In this document: positions 9,018 through 18,691 of the stretch, piece after piece | Position numbering within the stretch: position 1 is the first letter of the stretch | Layout of the letters: each line of letters opens with the position of its first letter | Assembly: GCA_965261735.1 (NCBI GenBank) | Contig: OZ253470.1 | Span: forward strand, 2,304,001-2,368,000 | Source of the DNA: Alphaproteobacteria bacterium | GTDB lineage: Bacteria; Pseudomonadota; Alphaproteobacteria; SHVV01 | Direction of reading: 5' to 3' | Length of the DNA stretch: 64,000 nucleotides | The notes under the pieces: model-generated | Database searches by the model: none | Seen by the model: the letters and a program-made list of their open reading frames with translations, nothing else | Told to the model about the DNA's origin: nothing | Made by a program: the position numbers and the translations under genes

Positions 9018-10412
9018 TCAGCCCGTGCGTAAGCAGGCGACGAGGTCGTCGGTGTTGGCGAGGTCGTCGAGCGCGGCCACTGTGGCGATGATGCGCTCAG
9101 TGGTCGCCTTGTCGATCCGCTCCGCGGTGAGGTCGCGGAACTTGGCCTCGACGTCGTCCGGGCCGAGCGGGTTGTCGGGGCTGCCGCGGCGCTGCAGCTG
9201 GAGCTTCTCGAGGCGGCGCCCGTCGCGGGTGGTGAGCACGATGCGTGCGGCGTGGCGGTGGGGCTCGCCCAGGGCTTCGATCTCGGGGTCGACCCGGGCC
9301 TCGATGCGCCCGATCAGGTCGAGAATCTTGGGATCTTTGAGGCGGTCCTTGCGGTATTGGCTGACGAACGCGGCGCCGTCGAGGATCATCACGGCGAGCC
9401 CGTAATACAGGTTCATCTGCGCCGCCGTCACGCTCTGCGCCTTGTACTCCCAGGCGCAGTGCTGGTAGGTCATCGGCGCCACCCCGGCCTCGACCAGTTC
9501 GATGTCGTCGGGGCTCAGGCCGTTGTCCTGCATCAGCGCGGCCAGCGCATCGAGGCAGGCATGGATGCTGGTCACCGAGGCGTGCGGCTTGAAGCCGACA
9601 TTGAGCACCTCCCATTCCGAGCCGAGCCCGGCGGTGAGCTTCTCGGGCGCCGGATCGGTGCTGTAGGAGCTGAGGAAGCCGCCATAGGCCGCCTCGAGTA
9701 CGTCGGGGATGCCAGTGAAATCGGCCTGCGCCATCAGCGCGGCGTAGACGCCGCTTTGGGCCGCGCGCCCCGAGTGCAGCCGCTTGGCCATGGCCCCCTC
9801 CTGCGCCGCCATCAGGCCGGCCGCCTGCGAGCCCGAGATGCCGAGCGCGTGCTGGGTTTGGCCCGGCGGCAGGCCGAGGAGGCGGGCGGCGGTGGCGCCG
9901 GCGGCGAACACTCCCGTCGTCCCTTGCGGATGAAAGCCGCGGAAGAACAGCGCTTGTGTCGCCGCCATGCCGACCCGGGTGCCGACCTCGTAGCCGGCGA
10001 CGATCGCGGCGATGAGCTCGCGCCCCGTCACCCCGCCGCGCCATTCGGCCAGCGCCAGCGCCACCGGCAGGCCGAGCGAGCCGGCGTGGAGGATGGCGCC
10101 GCGGTGGATGTCGTCGAGCTCGAAGGCGTGGGCGGCGGTCGCGTTGGCGAGCACGGCCTGGGACGCCGAGGTGCGCACGCCGGTGCCGAAGATCGCCGCC
10201 TGGGGATGGCCGCCCTGGCTCTCGATCATCGCGATCACCTTGCGCGTCCAGGGCAGGCCCGAGCCGTGCAGCGCACAGGCGATACCGTCGAGCACCAGCA
10301 GCTTGAGATGAGCGAGTGCCGCGGCCGGAATGTCCGCGAACTGGAGCTCGGAGGTAAAGCGCGCGAGGCGGGCCGTCGCGTCGGCGGCCAACGGCGGTTG
10401 CGAGGCGGTCAT
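9018..10412 (-). CDS. MmgE/PrpD family protein
   Basis: HAFELDDIH, GFHPQG, KRLHSGRAA and RGSPDNPL..KF motifs. Confidence 0.93.
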   Translation of the reverse strand: MTASQPPLAADATARLARFTSELQFADIPAAALAHLKLLVLDGIACALHGSGLPWTRKVIAMIESQGGHPQAAIFGTGVRTSASQAVLANATAAHAFELDDIHRGAILHAGSLGLPVALALAEWRGGVTGRELIAAIVAGYEVGTRVGMAATQALFFRGFHPQGTTGVFAAGATAARLLGLPPGQTQHALGISGSQAAGLMAAQEGAMAKRLHSGRAAQSGVYAALMAQADFTGIPDVLEAAYGGFLSSYSTDPAPEKLTAGLGSEWEVLNVGFKPHASVTSIHACLDALAALMQDNGLSPDDIELVEAGVAPMTYQHCAWEYKAQSVTAAQMNLYYGLAVMILDGAAFVSQYRKDRLKDPKILDLIGRIEARVDPEIEALGEPHRHAARIVLTTRDGRRLEKLQLQRRGSPDNPLGPDDVEAKFRDLTAERIDKATTERIIATVAALDDLANTDDLVACLRTG

Positions 10413-10596
10413 CGGTCCTGGGATCCTCCCCATTGGGCTGGGCGCGACGCTAGCCCCTTTTGCCCCGCCCCGCCACGGCGGCAGACGGGAAGTGCGGGGC
10501 GGCGGGAAAACGACTACGATGCGCCGACACCTCGCCGACGGCACGCCCGGGTCGCGCCCCGTCCCTGCGACCGCCGCCACTGGACAACCGCCGCTC

Positions 10597-11007
10597 ATGA
10601 TCAGCAAGCTCCGCGCATTCCTGTGGCCGCGAATCGACGACCTCACCTCGGCCCATCGCGCCGCTCAGCAGGGCCTGATCGCGGCACTGTTCGCAGCCGC
10701 CATCACGGTCGTTTCGTCCCCGGTCGCGACGTGGGGCCCGGCGGCGCTGCGCGGGCGGGTCTGGCATATCGCCGACGTCGTCCTCTGGCTGGCGATTGCC
10801 GCCGCCCTTTATTACAAGTCCCGTAGCGCCGCCGTGGTCGCGCTGGCGCTGTTCGTCGTCGAGCGCGCGATCGAGTTCTCGCACAGCGTGCGCGCCCTCG
10901 GCATCATCCTCGCGGTGTTCTTCGTCTTCTTCTTCATCAGCGCCGTGCGCGGCACTTTTCGCCACCACGAGCTTGGCGGACAGCGGACTCCGAGCGCGCC
11001 TGAGTAG
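10597..11007 (+). CDS. Small integral membrane protein (about 4 TM), hypothetical
   Basis: Hydrophobic helices with GC-type codon usage. Confidence 0.7.
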   Translation: MISKLRAFLWPRIDDLTSAHRAAQQGLIAALFAAAITVVSSPVATWGPAALRGRVWHIADVVLWLAIAAALYYKSRSAAVVALALFVVERAIEFSHSVRALGIILAVFFVFFFISAVRGTFRHHELGGQRTPSAPE

Positions 11008-11887
11008 GCTGGCGCCGGCACGGGCGCTGGCGCTGGTTGGGCTGTTCGCGGGCGCCTTCGGCTTCTCGCTGACGCCGATCTTCGTACGCCTGAGCGAAGT
11101 CGGCCCGATCGCCACCGGCTTTTGGCGCATGCTGTTCGCGCTGCCCATCGTCCTGGCGTGGCTGGCCGTCCAGGCGCGGCGCAGCGAAGCGCCGGCCCGT
11201 GAGGTCTCGGCGCGTGACTATGGGTGGCTGGTCCTGGCCAGCCTGGTCCTCGCGGTAGACCTCATGCTGTGGCAGTCCTCCTTCCACCTGACCTCGATCG
11301 CCAACGCGACCCTGCTCGGCAACTTGCACCCCATCGTCGTGACAGTCGGCGCGTGGATGTTCCTGCGCGAGCGCATCACCGGGTCGTTCCTCTTGGGCAT
11401 GGCGGTGGCGCTGGCGGGTGCGGTCATGCTCGCGCGTGCCGGCGCGACGGAGCTCGAGCCGGTGGCGCGCGGCGACGTCCTTGCGGTGCTCTCGACCACC
11501 CTATTCGCGGTCTTTACCCTGATGCTGAAGCGATTGCGCGGGCGCTTCTCGACGGCCGCCGTGATGACCGGAACCGTCACCGTCTGCTCCATCTCCATGC
11601 TGCCCGCGGCCGTGGTCATCGAGGACGTGCTGCTACCGACGAGCTGGGTCGGCTGGGCGTGGCTGGCGGCCTTTGCGGTGGTCGTCAATCTGGGCGCGCA
11701 GAGTGCGTTCACGTTCGCGTTCGCCCACCTCTCAGCGTCGTTCTCCTCGGTCGGCCTGCTGATTCTGCCGCTGTTTGCTTCGGCGCTCGCCTGGGCGATT
11801 TTCGGCGAGGCCGTCTCCGGCCTACAGGCCATGGCCGGCGCGCTCGTTCTGGCCGGTATCGTCCTCGCCCAGCGCGGGCATCACTGA
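10973..11887 (+). CDS. DMT/EamA family transporter (start approximate)
   Basis: About 10 TM; PIFVRLSEVGP, TSIANATLL and LRERI motifs. Confidence 0.88.
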   Translation: MADSGLRARLSRLAPARALALVGLFAGAFGFSLTPIFVRLSEVGPIATGFWRMLFALPIVLAWLAVQARRSEAPAREVSARDYGWLVLASLVLAVDLMLWQSSFHLTSIANATLLGNLHPIVVTVGAWMFLRERITGSFLLGMAVALAGAVMLARAGATELEPVARGDVLAVLSTTLFAVFTLMLKRLRGRFSTAAVMTGTVTVCSISMLPAAVVIEDVLLPTSWVGWAWLAAFAVVVNLGAQSAFTFAFAHLSASFSSVGLLILPLFASALAWAIFGEAVSGLQAMAGALVLAGIVLAQRGHH

Positions 11888-12077
11888 GGGTGCTCCCTGG
11901 CCCGTGGATTTCGTGCCGCGCCGCGCCTATAATGTGCCGGCACAAGAAGCCGTGCCGCCACAACGGCACGTGTACGCGTTGAGTAGAACGGCGGGTGTGG
12001 GGGTCTGGACGCCCGTTCGAATCGTCGCCGCTCCGCGGTGTGTGGAGCCTGGGAATCGCATCCTACGGGAGGACGCT

Positions 12078-13265
12078 ATGAAATTCAGTTTTCGCTTTTT
12101 GACACCGGTGCTGGCGGCGATCGGCCTGGCCCTGGCGAGCGCACCGGCGGCGCTGGCCGCGGAAGCCACGGGCGAGCCGATCCGCATTCCGATGATGGAG
12201 AGCTTCAGCGGCGCCGCCGCCGACTGGGGCGAGGACATGTGGACGGGCGCTGTCGCGGCGCAGAAGATCATCAACATGCGCGGCGGCATCAAGGGACGCC
12301 CCCTCGAGTTCTACAAGGCGGACGCGCCCTACGACGACCTGCCGACAGCGGTCTCCATGTTCAAGAAGCTGGCCCGCGACCCTAACGTCACCATGATCTT
12401 CGATGGCGGTGCCACCAGCGTCATCGCCGCGGTCCACGATCTCACGGGCGATGCGAAGCTTCCTCTGTTCGCGTTCTCGTCCGGTGGGTTCTGGCGTATG
12501 GGCCATTTCAATCCGTGGGTGTTCCGCGCCCTGCCGCAGGCCTATACGGCGCTGCCGGTCCTTCTGCCCAAGGCCAAGAAGAAGTTCGGCATCAAGAAAG
12601 CGGCCCTCATCTATACGCATGACGACGAGGCCGAGGTCGCCAACGCCATCGTGTGGCGTGATCTCGCCAAACAAAACGGCATCGAGATAGTCGAGGTCAC
12701 CAACAAGACCAAGGAGACCGACTTCTCAGCCCAGCTCACCCGCGTGAAGGCGGCCAAGGTCGATGCCTTCTTCGTCGCCCTGCAGGCCTTCGACGGCGGC
12801 ACGATGATGGCCCAGGCCCGCGACATGGGCCTGAAGCAGCCCGTCCTCGGCACTATGGGGTCGAGCAACAAGGACTACTGGAAGATGTCGAAGGGCAAGG
12901 TAGCCGAGGAGCACGGCGGCCCGACGATCCTCTACAGTAACTACGACCCGACCGATCCCAGGCCGTACGTTCAGGACATCAAGAAGATGTACAAGGAGCA
13001 TTACGGCACGGATCCGACGACCTGGGCCGCGCTCACCGCGGACGCGGCGTTCGTCACCGCCCAGATCCTCAACCGGGCCACGGACTTGACCCGCGAGGGC
13101 ATTCGCAAGGCCTTCGCCGAAACCGGGGCGATCGAGTCGCTGAGCGGCGTGATCGGCTGGGACGGCTCGGGCGATGCCATCCGTGACTCGGTCCTGTTCG
13201 TCAAGTGGGTGGACGGCAGGCTGGTTCCGGTGCGCGACGAGTACTGGGACGACACCGGTAGCTAG
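12078..13265 (+). CDS. ABC transporter substrate-binding protein, LivJ/LivK-like (orphan)
   Basis: Signal peptide; IN.RGGIKGRPLE and DFSAQLTRVK motifs; GGAGG RBS. Confidence 0.92.
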   Translation: MKFSFRFLTPVLAAIGLALASAPAALAAEATGEPIRIPMMESFSGAAADWGEDMWTGAVAAQKIINMRGGIKGRPLEFYKADAPYDDLPTAVSMFKKLARDPNVTMIFDGGATSVIAAVHDLTGDAKLPLFAFSSGGFWRMGHFNPWVFRALPQAYTALPVLLPKAKKKFGIKKAALIYTHDDEAEVANAIVWRDLAKQNGIEIVEVTNKTKETDFSAQLTRVKAAKVDAFFVALQAFDGGTMMAQARDMGLKQPVLGTMGSSNKDYWKMSKGKVAEEHGGPTILYSNYDPTDPRPYVQDIKKMYKEHYGTDPTTWAALTADAAFVTAQILNRATDLTREGIRKAFAETGAIESLSGVIGWDGSGDAIRDSVLFVKWVDGRLVPVRDEYWDDTGS

Positions 13266-13293
13266 TGTACTTGCTTGGGTTAAGTCTGCGTGT

Positions 13294-13397
13294 CACCCCC
13301 TCCCAACCCTCCCCCATCAACAAGGGGAGGGCCAAGAGTCGGACCTCGCGCCGTAACTCCCCCTCCCCGTGGTGGGAGGGGGTAGGGAGAGGGGGTG
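13294..13397. repeat. Inverted doublet of C/G-rich hairpin-plus-tail repeat, copy 2
   Basis: Units 13294-13331 and 13359-13397; homologous to the reverse complement of 6227-6325. Confidence 0.87.
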
Positions 13398-13525
13398 GCT
13401 AAGGAGTGTCACGCTCCTTGGCAACCAAGGACGAGGACGCGGGCTTGGATTGAACGGCCCCCGGCGGCGCGCGCTTTTATTGAGGCGCGCCGCCGGGGGC
13501 GGCTGCCTTGCGGGAGGGTGCGCCC

Positions 13526-14575
13526 GTGACCACGAACGCGAACGACGTCGATCTCACCAAAATCCCCGGCTACGAGCCGGACAAGCCGCCCCGGCGCCTC
13601 GACGAGGCCACCTGGTACGACGAACTCGAGGCCATGTGGGGGCGCAAATGGGGCGCCTGCTCGACCATCGGCAAGCTCCGCACGGCCATGGTCACCCGGC
13701 CCACCGACGCCTACATCGAGACGGTGATCGGCCATTTCGGCTCCGATGCGCGCGCCCTCAACCTCGGCAGCAACGCGCGAACACCCGACGCGGAAAAGCT
13801 CAAGCACGACCACGACACTTACGTCCAGCTCCTACAGAGCAACGGCGTCGAGGTCCTCTACGCCGACCTGCCGGAGCCCATGTTCGGCATCTACACCCGC
13901 ATCCGCTCCCACATCGCGCCCGAGCCGACCGTCATCCGCGGCGGCGCCATCATGGCGCGCACCGCGATCGCCGTGAAACGCGGCATGGAGCCCCATTGGC
14001 AGAAGGTCTTCGCCGACCTCAAGATCCCCATCCTGGCGACGATCCACGGCGCCGGCATCTATGAGGGCCGGATCGACTGGCTCGATCCCCATCACGCCTG
14101 TCTCGGCTACGGCGTACGCGCCAACTGGGAGGGCATCCAGCAGATGGAATACGTGCTCCGGCTCAGCGGGGTCGAGGACGTGCACGTCGTCCACCTGCCG
14201 GCGTACCTCGAATCGCGGCGCTACTCGCACGGCCCGGTGCATCTGTGCAACGTCTTCTGTCTCGTCGACCGCAAGGTCGCGCTCGTCTATCCGCAGAGCC
14301 TGCCCTACGAGTTCCTCGAGTACCTGCGCGGCTTCGGCATCGAGTTGATCGAGATTCCGGAGGACGAGATGGAGTTCATGCCCGGCAACTCGCTGCCGCT
14401 CGAGGCCGGCCGGCTCGTCATCCCCAAGGGCTCGCCGCGCACGGTCGATAAGCTCACCGCCGCGGGCGTCGAGTGCATCGAGGTCGATTTCGAGCAATTC
14501 ACCAACGTCGGCGGCGGCCCGACCTGCCTCACGCTGGCGCTCATCCGCGACGACGGACCCCTGCTCGACGCCTAG
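13526..14575 (+). CDS. Amidinotransferase/dimethylargininase (pentein) family protein
   Basis: C-terminal GGGPTCLT..LIRD catalytic Cys motif; GVRANWEG and HLCN motifs. Confidence 0.88.
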   Translation: MTTNANDVDLTKIPGYEPDKPPRRLDEATWYDELEAMWGRKWGACSTIGKLRTAMVTRPTDAYIETVIGHFGSDARALNLGSNARTPDAEKLKHDHDTYVQLLQSNGVEVLYADLPEPMFGIYTRIRSHIAPEPTVIRGGAIMARTAIAVKRGMEPHWQKVFADLKIPILATIHGAGIYEGRIDWLDPHHACLGYGVRANWEGIQQMEYVLRLSGVEDVHVVHLPAYLESRRYSHGPVHLCNVFCLVDRKVALVYPQSLPYEFLEYLRGFGIELIEIPEDEMEFMPGNSLPLEAGRLVIPKGSPRTVDKLTAAGVECIEVDFEQFTNVGGGPTCLTLALIRDDGPLLDA

Positions 14576-14583
14576 CGGCTGCC

Positions 14584-15189
14584 TCAGTTCGCGCCTTCCT
14601 CCGCCAGCGCCTTGTCCAAAAGGCTGCGGCCTTCGGGCGTGAGCTCAAGGGTGCGCGCCGCCGCGTGGCCGGCGGGTGACATCTTGGCCCAGGTCTTGCG
14701 CAGGATGCCGATCACCTTGACCTTGTCGTGCTGGCGCGCGAAGTCCGCGAACGTGCTCTCGAGGAAGACGAGACAGATCACGTCCTCGAGGAGCTGCGCT
14801 TCCGGGTCGCGCTTGAGCCCCTGCTTGCGCACGAGCGACGCGACCCGCGCCGCCGTCGCCTCGTCGTAGCCGGCCTCGCGCACGATGGCCGCGGCGGTTT
14901 CGGCGTGGAAGCGGGCGAGGGTGGTACGCCAGCGTAGGTAGCCGTCGCGGCCGGCCGGGAAGTCGCTCCGCGGCATGGTCCAGCGCCTGATGTGCTGGGC
15001 GCGGGCGGCGAGGCGTAGCGCTTCGGAGGCGTCCGGCGCCAGGCGCGCGAGCCAGGCCGTCATGCGCTCGGCGTAGAGCTGCTCGCGCGGGGCGATCCTG
15101 GCGGCGAAGGTCTCGCTGCGGGGATCGTCGGCGTTGGCCGCGTCGATCGCGGCGATGGCCGCGCGAAAGCGTTCGTCGGGGCTGGCCAT
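14584..15189 (-). CDS. DUF4202 domain protein
   Basis: IDAANADDP, LAARAQHIRRW, GYLRWR and LEDVICLVFLE..KTWAKMS motifs. Confidence 0.88.
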   Translation of the reverse strand: MASPDERFRAAIAAIDAANADDPRSETFAARIAPREQLYAERMTAWLARLAPDASEALRLAARAQHIRRWTMPRSDFPAGRDGYLRWRTTLARFHAETAAAIVREAGYDEATAARVASLVRKQGLKRDPEAQLLEDVICLVFLESTFADFARQHDKVKVIGILRKTWAKMSPAGHAAARTLELTPEGRSLLDKALAEEGAN

Positions 15190-15286
15190 GGCGCCGGAAG
15201 TATAGCCGAACCCATCGTCCACGCGGCTTCCCGCGGACGCATCCGGTTTGTATCCTGATGCGATCAGCACAAGGGGGTGAGACGTC

Positions 15287-16144
15287 ATGATCCTGGTAAC
15301 CGGAGCGACGGGTACGACCGGCGGCGAAGTGGCTCGGCAGCTCGCGGCGAAGGGCGCACCGCTACGCGCCCTGGTGCGTAATCCCGCCAAGGCCGATGGA
15401 TTGAAGCAGTTGGGGGTGGAGATCGCGGTCGGTGACATGACCGACCCCGCGAGCCTCGATCCAGCGCTCGCCGGGATCGAGCGCGTCTATTTGGTGACGC
15501 CGCCCGAGGCCGACCTGGTCGCGCTTCATGCCAACGTCGTCGACGCCGCGGTGCGCGCCGGCGCACGCCACGTGGTCAAGATCTCGTCCTTCTTCACCAG
15601 CGCGACGACGCCGGTGGTCTACGCCCGCCAGCACTGGCAGGCGGAAGAGACGATCAGGGGCTCGGGCCTCGGCTATACCTTCCTGCACCCGTCGTTCTTC
15701 ATGCAGAACTTCCTCTTTTTCGCACCCGCGATAAAGAAGGACGGGGTCTTCGCGGTGCCAATGAGCGAGGGCCGGGTCAGCATGATCGATGCCCGCGACA
15801 TCGCCGCAGTCGCCGCCGCGGCATTGACCGAGGACGCACACCTCGGCAAGACCTACGTCATTACCGGGCCGCAAGCCCTGACTTTTGGCGACGCTGCCGG
15901 GCTGCTCGGCGAGGCCATCGGCAAGCCGGTGAGCCATGACAACATCACCCCGGAAGCCGAGCGCGCCGCGCTGATCGCCGCCGGCGATACGGCCGAGCAC
16001 GCCGACGACCTCCTCGCCGTCTACGAGGCTTTCGATAACGGGGCCGGCCTCGCCGTCGAGCCGACGGTGCGCGACATCGGCAAGACCGAGCCCCACACCT
16101 TCGCCGACTTCGCCCGCGACTACGCGCACCGCTTCAAGGACTGA
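15287..16144 (+). CDS. NmrA-like atypical SDR oxidoreductase
   Basis: MILVTGATGTTG, FFMQN, IDARDIA and ITGP motifs. Confidence 0.9.
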   Translation: MILVTGATGTTGGEVARQLAAKGAPLRALVRNPAKADGLKQLGVEIAVGDMTDPASLDPALAGIERVYLVTPPEADLVALHANVVDAAVRAGARHVVKISSFFTSATTPVVYARQHWQAEETIRGSGLGYTFLHPSFFMQNFLFFAPAIKKDGVFAVPMSEGRVSMIDARDIAAVAAAALTEDAHLGKTYVITGPQALTFGDAAGLLGEAIGKPVSHDNITPEAERAALIAAGDTAEHADDLLAVYEAFDNGAGLAVEPTVRDIGKTEPHTFADFARDYAHRFKD

Positions 16145-16251
16145 GCGCGGCGCCCGGCGCTCGGCGCCCTCACGCGATCGTGCGCCCTATTTGATGGGCG
16201 CACCGGCGCCCGCCGGCCCATCTCTCGTCATGGGGACGGAGGGATGGGACG

Positions 16252-16521
16252 ATGCATGTTCGCAAGAAGAGGCGCGCGGGACCGGCGATCCTATTCGTAG
16301 CCCTGGCCGCGTTGGCGCTCGCTGGATGCCAAAGCAGCTACGCGGCGCGGTCCTCACTCGTCGTCGGAGGGATCGAAAGCGCCCGGCCGTATAGCGTCAA
16401 CCCCAGCCACGGCACCCGTTATGGCTATGGCCCGCGCTACGGCTACGGATATTCGCGCGGCACGCGTCACCATTTCGGATCGCCCCGCCGGCGCCACTGG
16501 CGCCGCGTTCACCGCTATTAG
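16252..16521 (+). CDS. Small basic lipoprotein with Gly-Tyr repeats
   Basis: Basic N-terminus, hydrophobic stretch and LAGC lipobox; RYGYG repeated. Confidence 0.6.
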   Translation: MHVRKKRRAGPAILFVALAALALAGCQSSYAARSSLVVGGIESARPYSVNPSHGTRYGYGPRYGYGYSRGTRHHFGSPRRRHWRRVHRY

Positions 16522-16554
16522 TCAACCGCGGACCGAGAGGCCTACGGCGCGCGC

Positions 16555-17562
16555 CTAGACCAGATAGGGCCGGAGCTCGGGCTCGGCACTCGCGACCGCC
16601 GCGAGGTCAGGGGAGCGCGGGACGTAGAACTCGCAGCGCAGCCCGTCGGGGTCGCGGATGAAGAAGCTCCGTTTCGCCGCGTTGTCGATGCGCTTTTCGA
16701 CATCGATCCCGGCCTTCTCGACCGCGGCTTCCGCGGCCCCCGATTCGGCCTCGTTTGCCACCTGATAGCTGTAGTGGTGAACGCTAGGTTGCGTGTCCGG
16801 CGCCTGGCGGAACAGCGCCAGATCGAACGCGTACCCCGAATGCGTACCCGCCAGGCACACGAAGTCGCCGGCGGGCGATTCGTAAGCCGTGTCGAGCCCG
16901 CCGACCTCGCGGTGGAAGGCGAGCATGTCGTCGTAGCGGCGCGTCATCAGCACGCCATGGGTGAAGCGCGAGGGGTGGATCAGAGCTTCGTCGACGCGCC
17001 GAATCTCGGGGTCGACGGGGTAGCCCTGATGGGTGAGTGCGGGCGCCGCGTGCGGGTCCCAACGGCCCGAGATGAGTTGGCCGGCGTTGTCGTCGAAGAA
17101 CGAGCGCCAATCCTTGAGCACGTCCGAGTAGTACTCCTGCATGAAGCCGTCGGGGTCGAACAGGTAGATGCTGTGGGTCGCCTGATGGTCGATGAGGCCG
17201 CGCATCTCCACATCTGTGGCAACCGCCCGGTCGTAGGCCGCGATCAGTAGCCCATCGGTTTCCATTTCCCAGCCGAAGTGGTTGAGCCCGGGCTGCGTCG
17301 CGCGCCCGCTCGACAGGGTCTTGTGGCCGTCGCGCCCCCTCAGCTCCTTGTCCGTGCACTCCACGAGGCCGAGGTCGTGGTGGGTGTTGCCGTTAGAGAG
17401 GAAGCCGGCGCTGATCCCGGGCTCACTGAAGACCTCCTCGAAGCCCGCCACCTTGTTGTAGAAGTGCATCGAGCGCTCGAGATTGCCGACGAACAGGTTG
17501 GCGTGGCCGACCCGGCGCGGCGAGAACATCGCGGCCGGTGCGTCTTGCGTTTGCGCGGTCAT
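16555..17562 (-). CDS. Two-domain VOC family protein (extradiol dioxygenase-like)
   Basis: GHANL, NGNTHHDLG, LNHFGWE, YLFDPDG..EYY; second domain HHYSY..DPDGLRCEFY. Confidence 0.9.
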   Translation of the reverse strand: MTAQTQDAPAAMFSPRRVGHANLFVGNLERSMHFYNKVAGFEEVFSEPGISAGFLSNGNTHHDLGLVECTDKELRGRDGHKTLSSGRATQPGLNHFGWEMETDGLLIAAYDRAVATDVEMRGLIDHQATHSIYLFDPDGFMQEYYSDVLKDWRSFFDDNAGQLISGRWDPHAAPALTHQGYPVDPEIRRVDEALIHPSRFTHGVLMTRRYDDMLAFHREVGGLDTAYESPAGDFVCLAGTHSGYAFDLALFRQAPDTQPSVHHYSYQVANEAESGAAEAAVEKAGIDVEKRIDNAAKRSFFIRDPDGLRCEFYVPRSPDLAAVASAEPELRPYLV

Positions 17563-17585
17563 GAACCTATCTCCTTGGCCCGGCG

Positions 17586-18590
17586 TTAGAGCAGGAAGGG
17601 CCGGTCCACCGTGGCGGCCCCATCGATGGCGCTGAAGTCGGGCGTGCCGGCGACGTAGAACTCGCAGCGCAGCCCGTCCGGGTCGTTGATGAACAGGCTG
17701 CGCTTGACCGCCGTGTCGATGCGCCGCTCGATGGGGATCTCCGCCTTGGCTAGTGCCGCGACCGCCTCCTCGAGCTCGGAAGTGCCCGCCAGCCTGTAAC
17801 TATAGTGGTGGACATCGGCTGCCTGCCCGGGCTCTTGCGCGACCAGCGCCACATCAAAGGCATAGCCGGCGTGGCTGCCCGCGAGGCAAACGACGGCGCC
17901 GTCGGACGAGCGGTACACCGTTGTGAGGCCGGCGACGTCGCGGTAGAAATCGATCATCGCCTCGTGGCTCGCGGTCGACAGGACGGCGTGGGTGAACTTC
18001 TCGGGATGGATGAGGGCGTCTGGCACGCGCCGGATTTCCGGGTCGACCGGATAGTTCGCCTCGGTCAGGGGCGGCTCGGCGTCGATGTCCCAGGTCGTGC
18101 TGAAACCCTTCTCGACGTGGCCCTTGAACACGCTACGCCAGTCCTTGAACCGGTCGCCATAGAACTCGTGCAGGTGGCCGTCGGGGTCGAACAGGTAGAT
18201 GCCGCGCGAGATGTAGTGGTCGATCACGGACCGGATGGCGACTCCGCTGGCCTCGGCGCGCCGGTAGCCCTCGGCCGCGGCGAGCTCGTTTTCCAACTCC
18301 CATCCGAAATGGTTGAGGCCCGGCTGCGTCGCACGCCCCTGCGAGGGGATCGGTTTGCCGTCATTGCCGAGCAGGTCTTCTTTGGTGACCTTCACCAGGC
18401 CGAGGTCGTGGTGGGTGTTGCCGTTGGTGTGAAAGCCGGCGCGATCACCGACGCGGCGAATGGCCTCGAAACCCGCCACGTTGCTGTAGAAATCCATCGA
18501 GCGGTCGAGATCGCCGACGAAGAGGTTGGCGTGACCGAGCCGGCGCGGCGCGAACGCAGCGGCGGTCGATTCCTTCGCTTGAAGGGACAT
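17586..18590 (-). CDS. Two-domain VOC family protein, tandem paralog
   Basis: Same motifs as 16555-17562. Confidence 0.9.
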   Translation of the reverse strand: MSLQAKESTAAAFAPRRLGHANLFVGDLDRSMDFYSNVAGFEAIRRVGDRAGFHTNGNTHHDLGLVKVTKEDLLGNDGKPIPSQGRATQPGLNHFGWELENELAAAEGYRRAEASGVAIRSVIDHYISRGIYLFDPDGHLHEFYGDRFKDWRSVFKGHVEKGFSTTWDIDAEPPLTEANYPVDPEIRRVPDALIHPEKFTHAVLSTASHEAMIDFYRDVAGLTTVYRSSDGAVVCLAGSHAGYAFDVALVAQEPGQAADVHHYSYRLAGTSELEEAVAALAKAEIPIERRIDTAVKRSLFINDPDGLRCEFYVAGTPDFSAIDGAATVDRPFLL

Positions 18591-18691
18591 GGTTTTGCCT
18601 CGTCTGATGCCATCGTGACGGCGCGCGGCCGGCTGGTGGCCACTCTAGCACGGTCCTCTCGTGACCGCCTATCCCAGGCGCGCTAGCGCTC

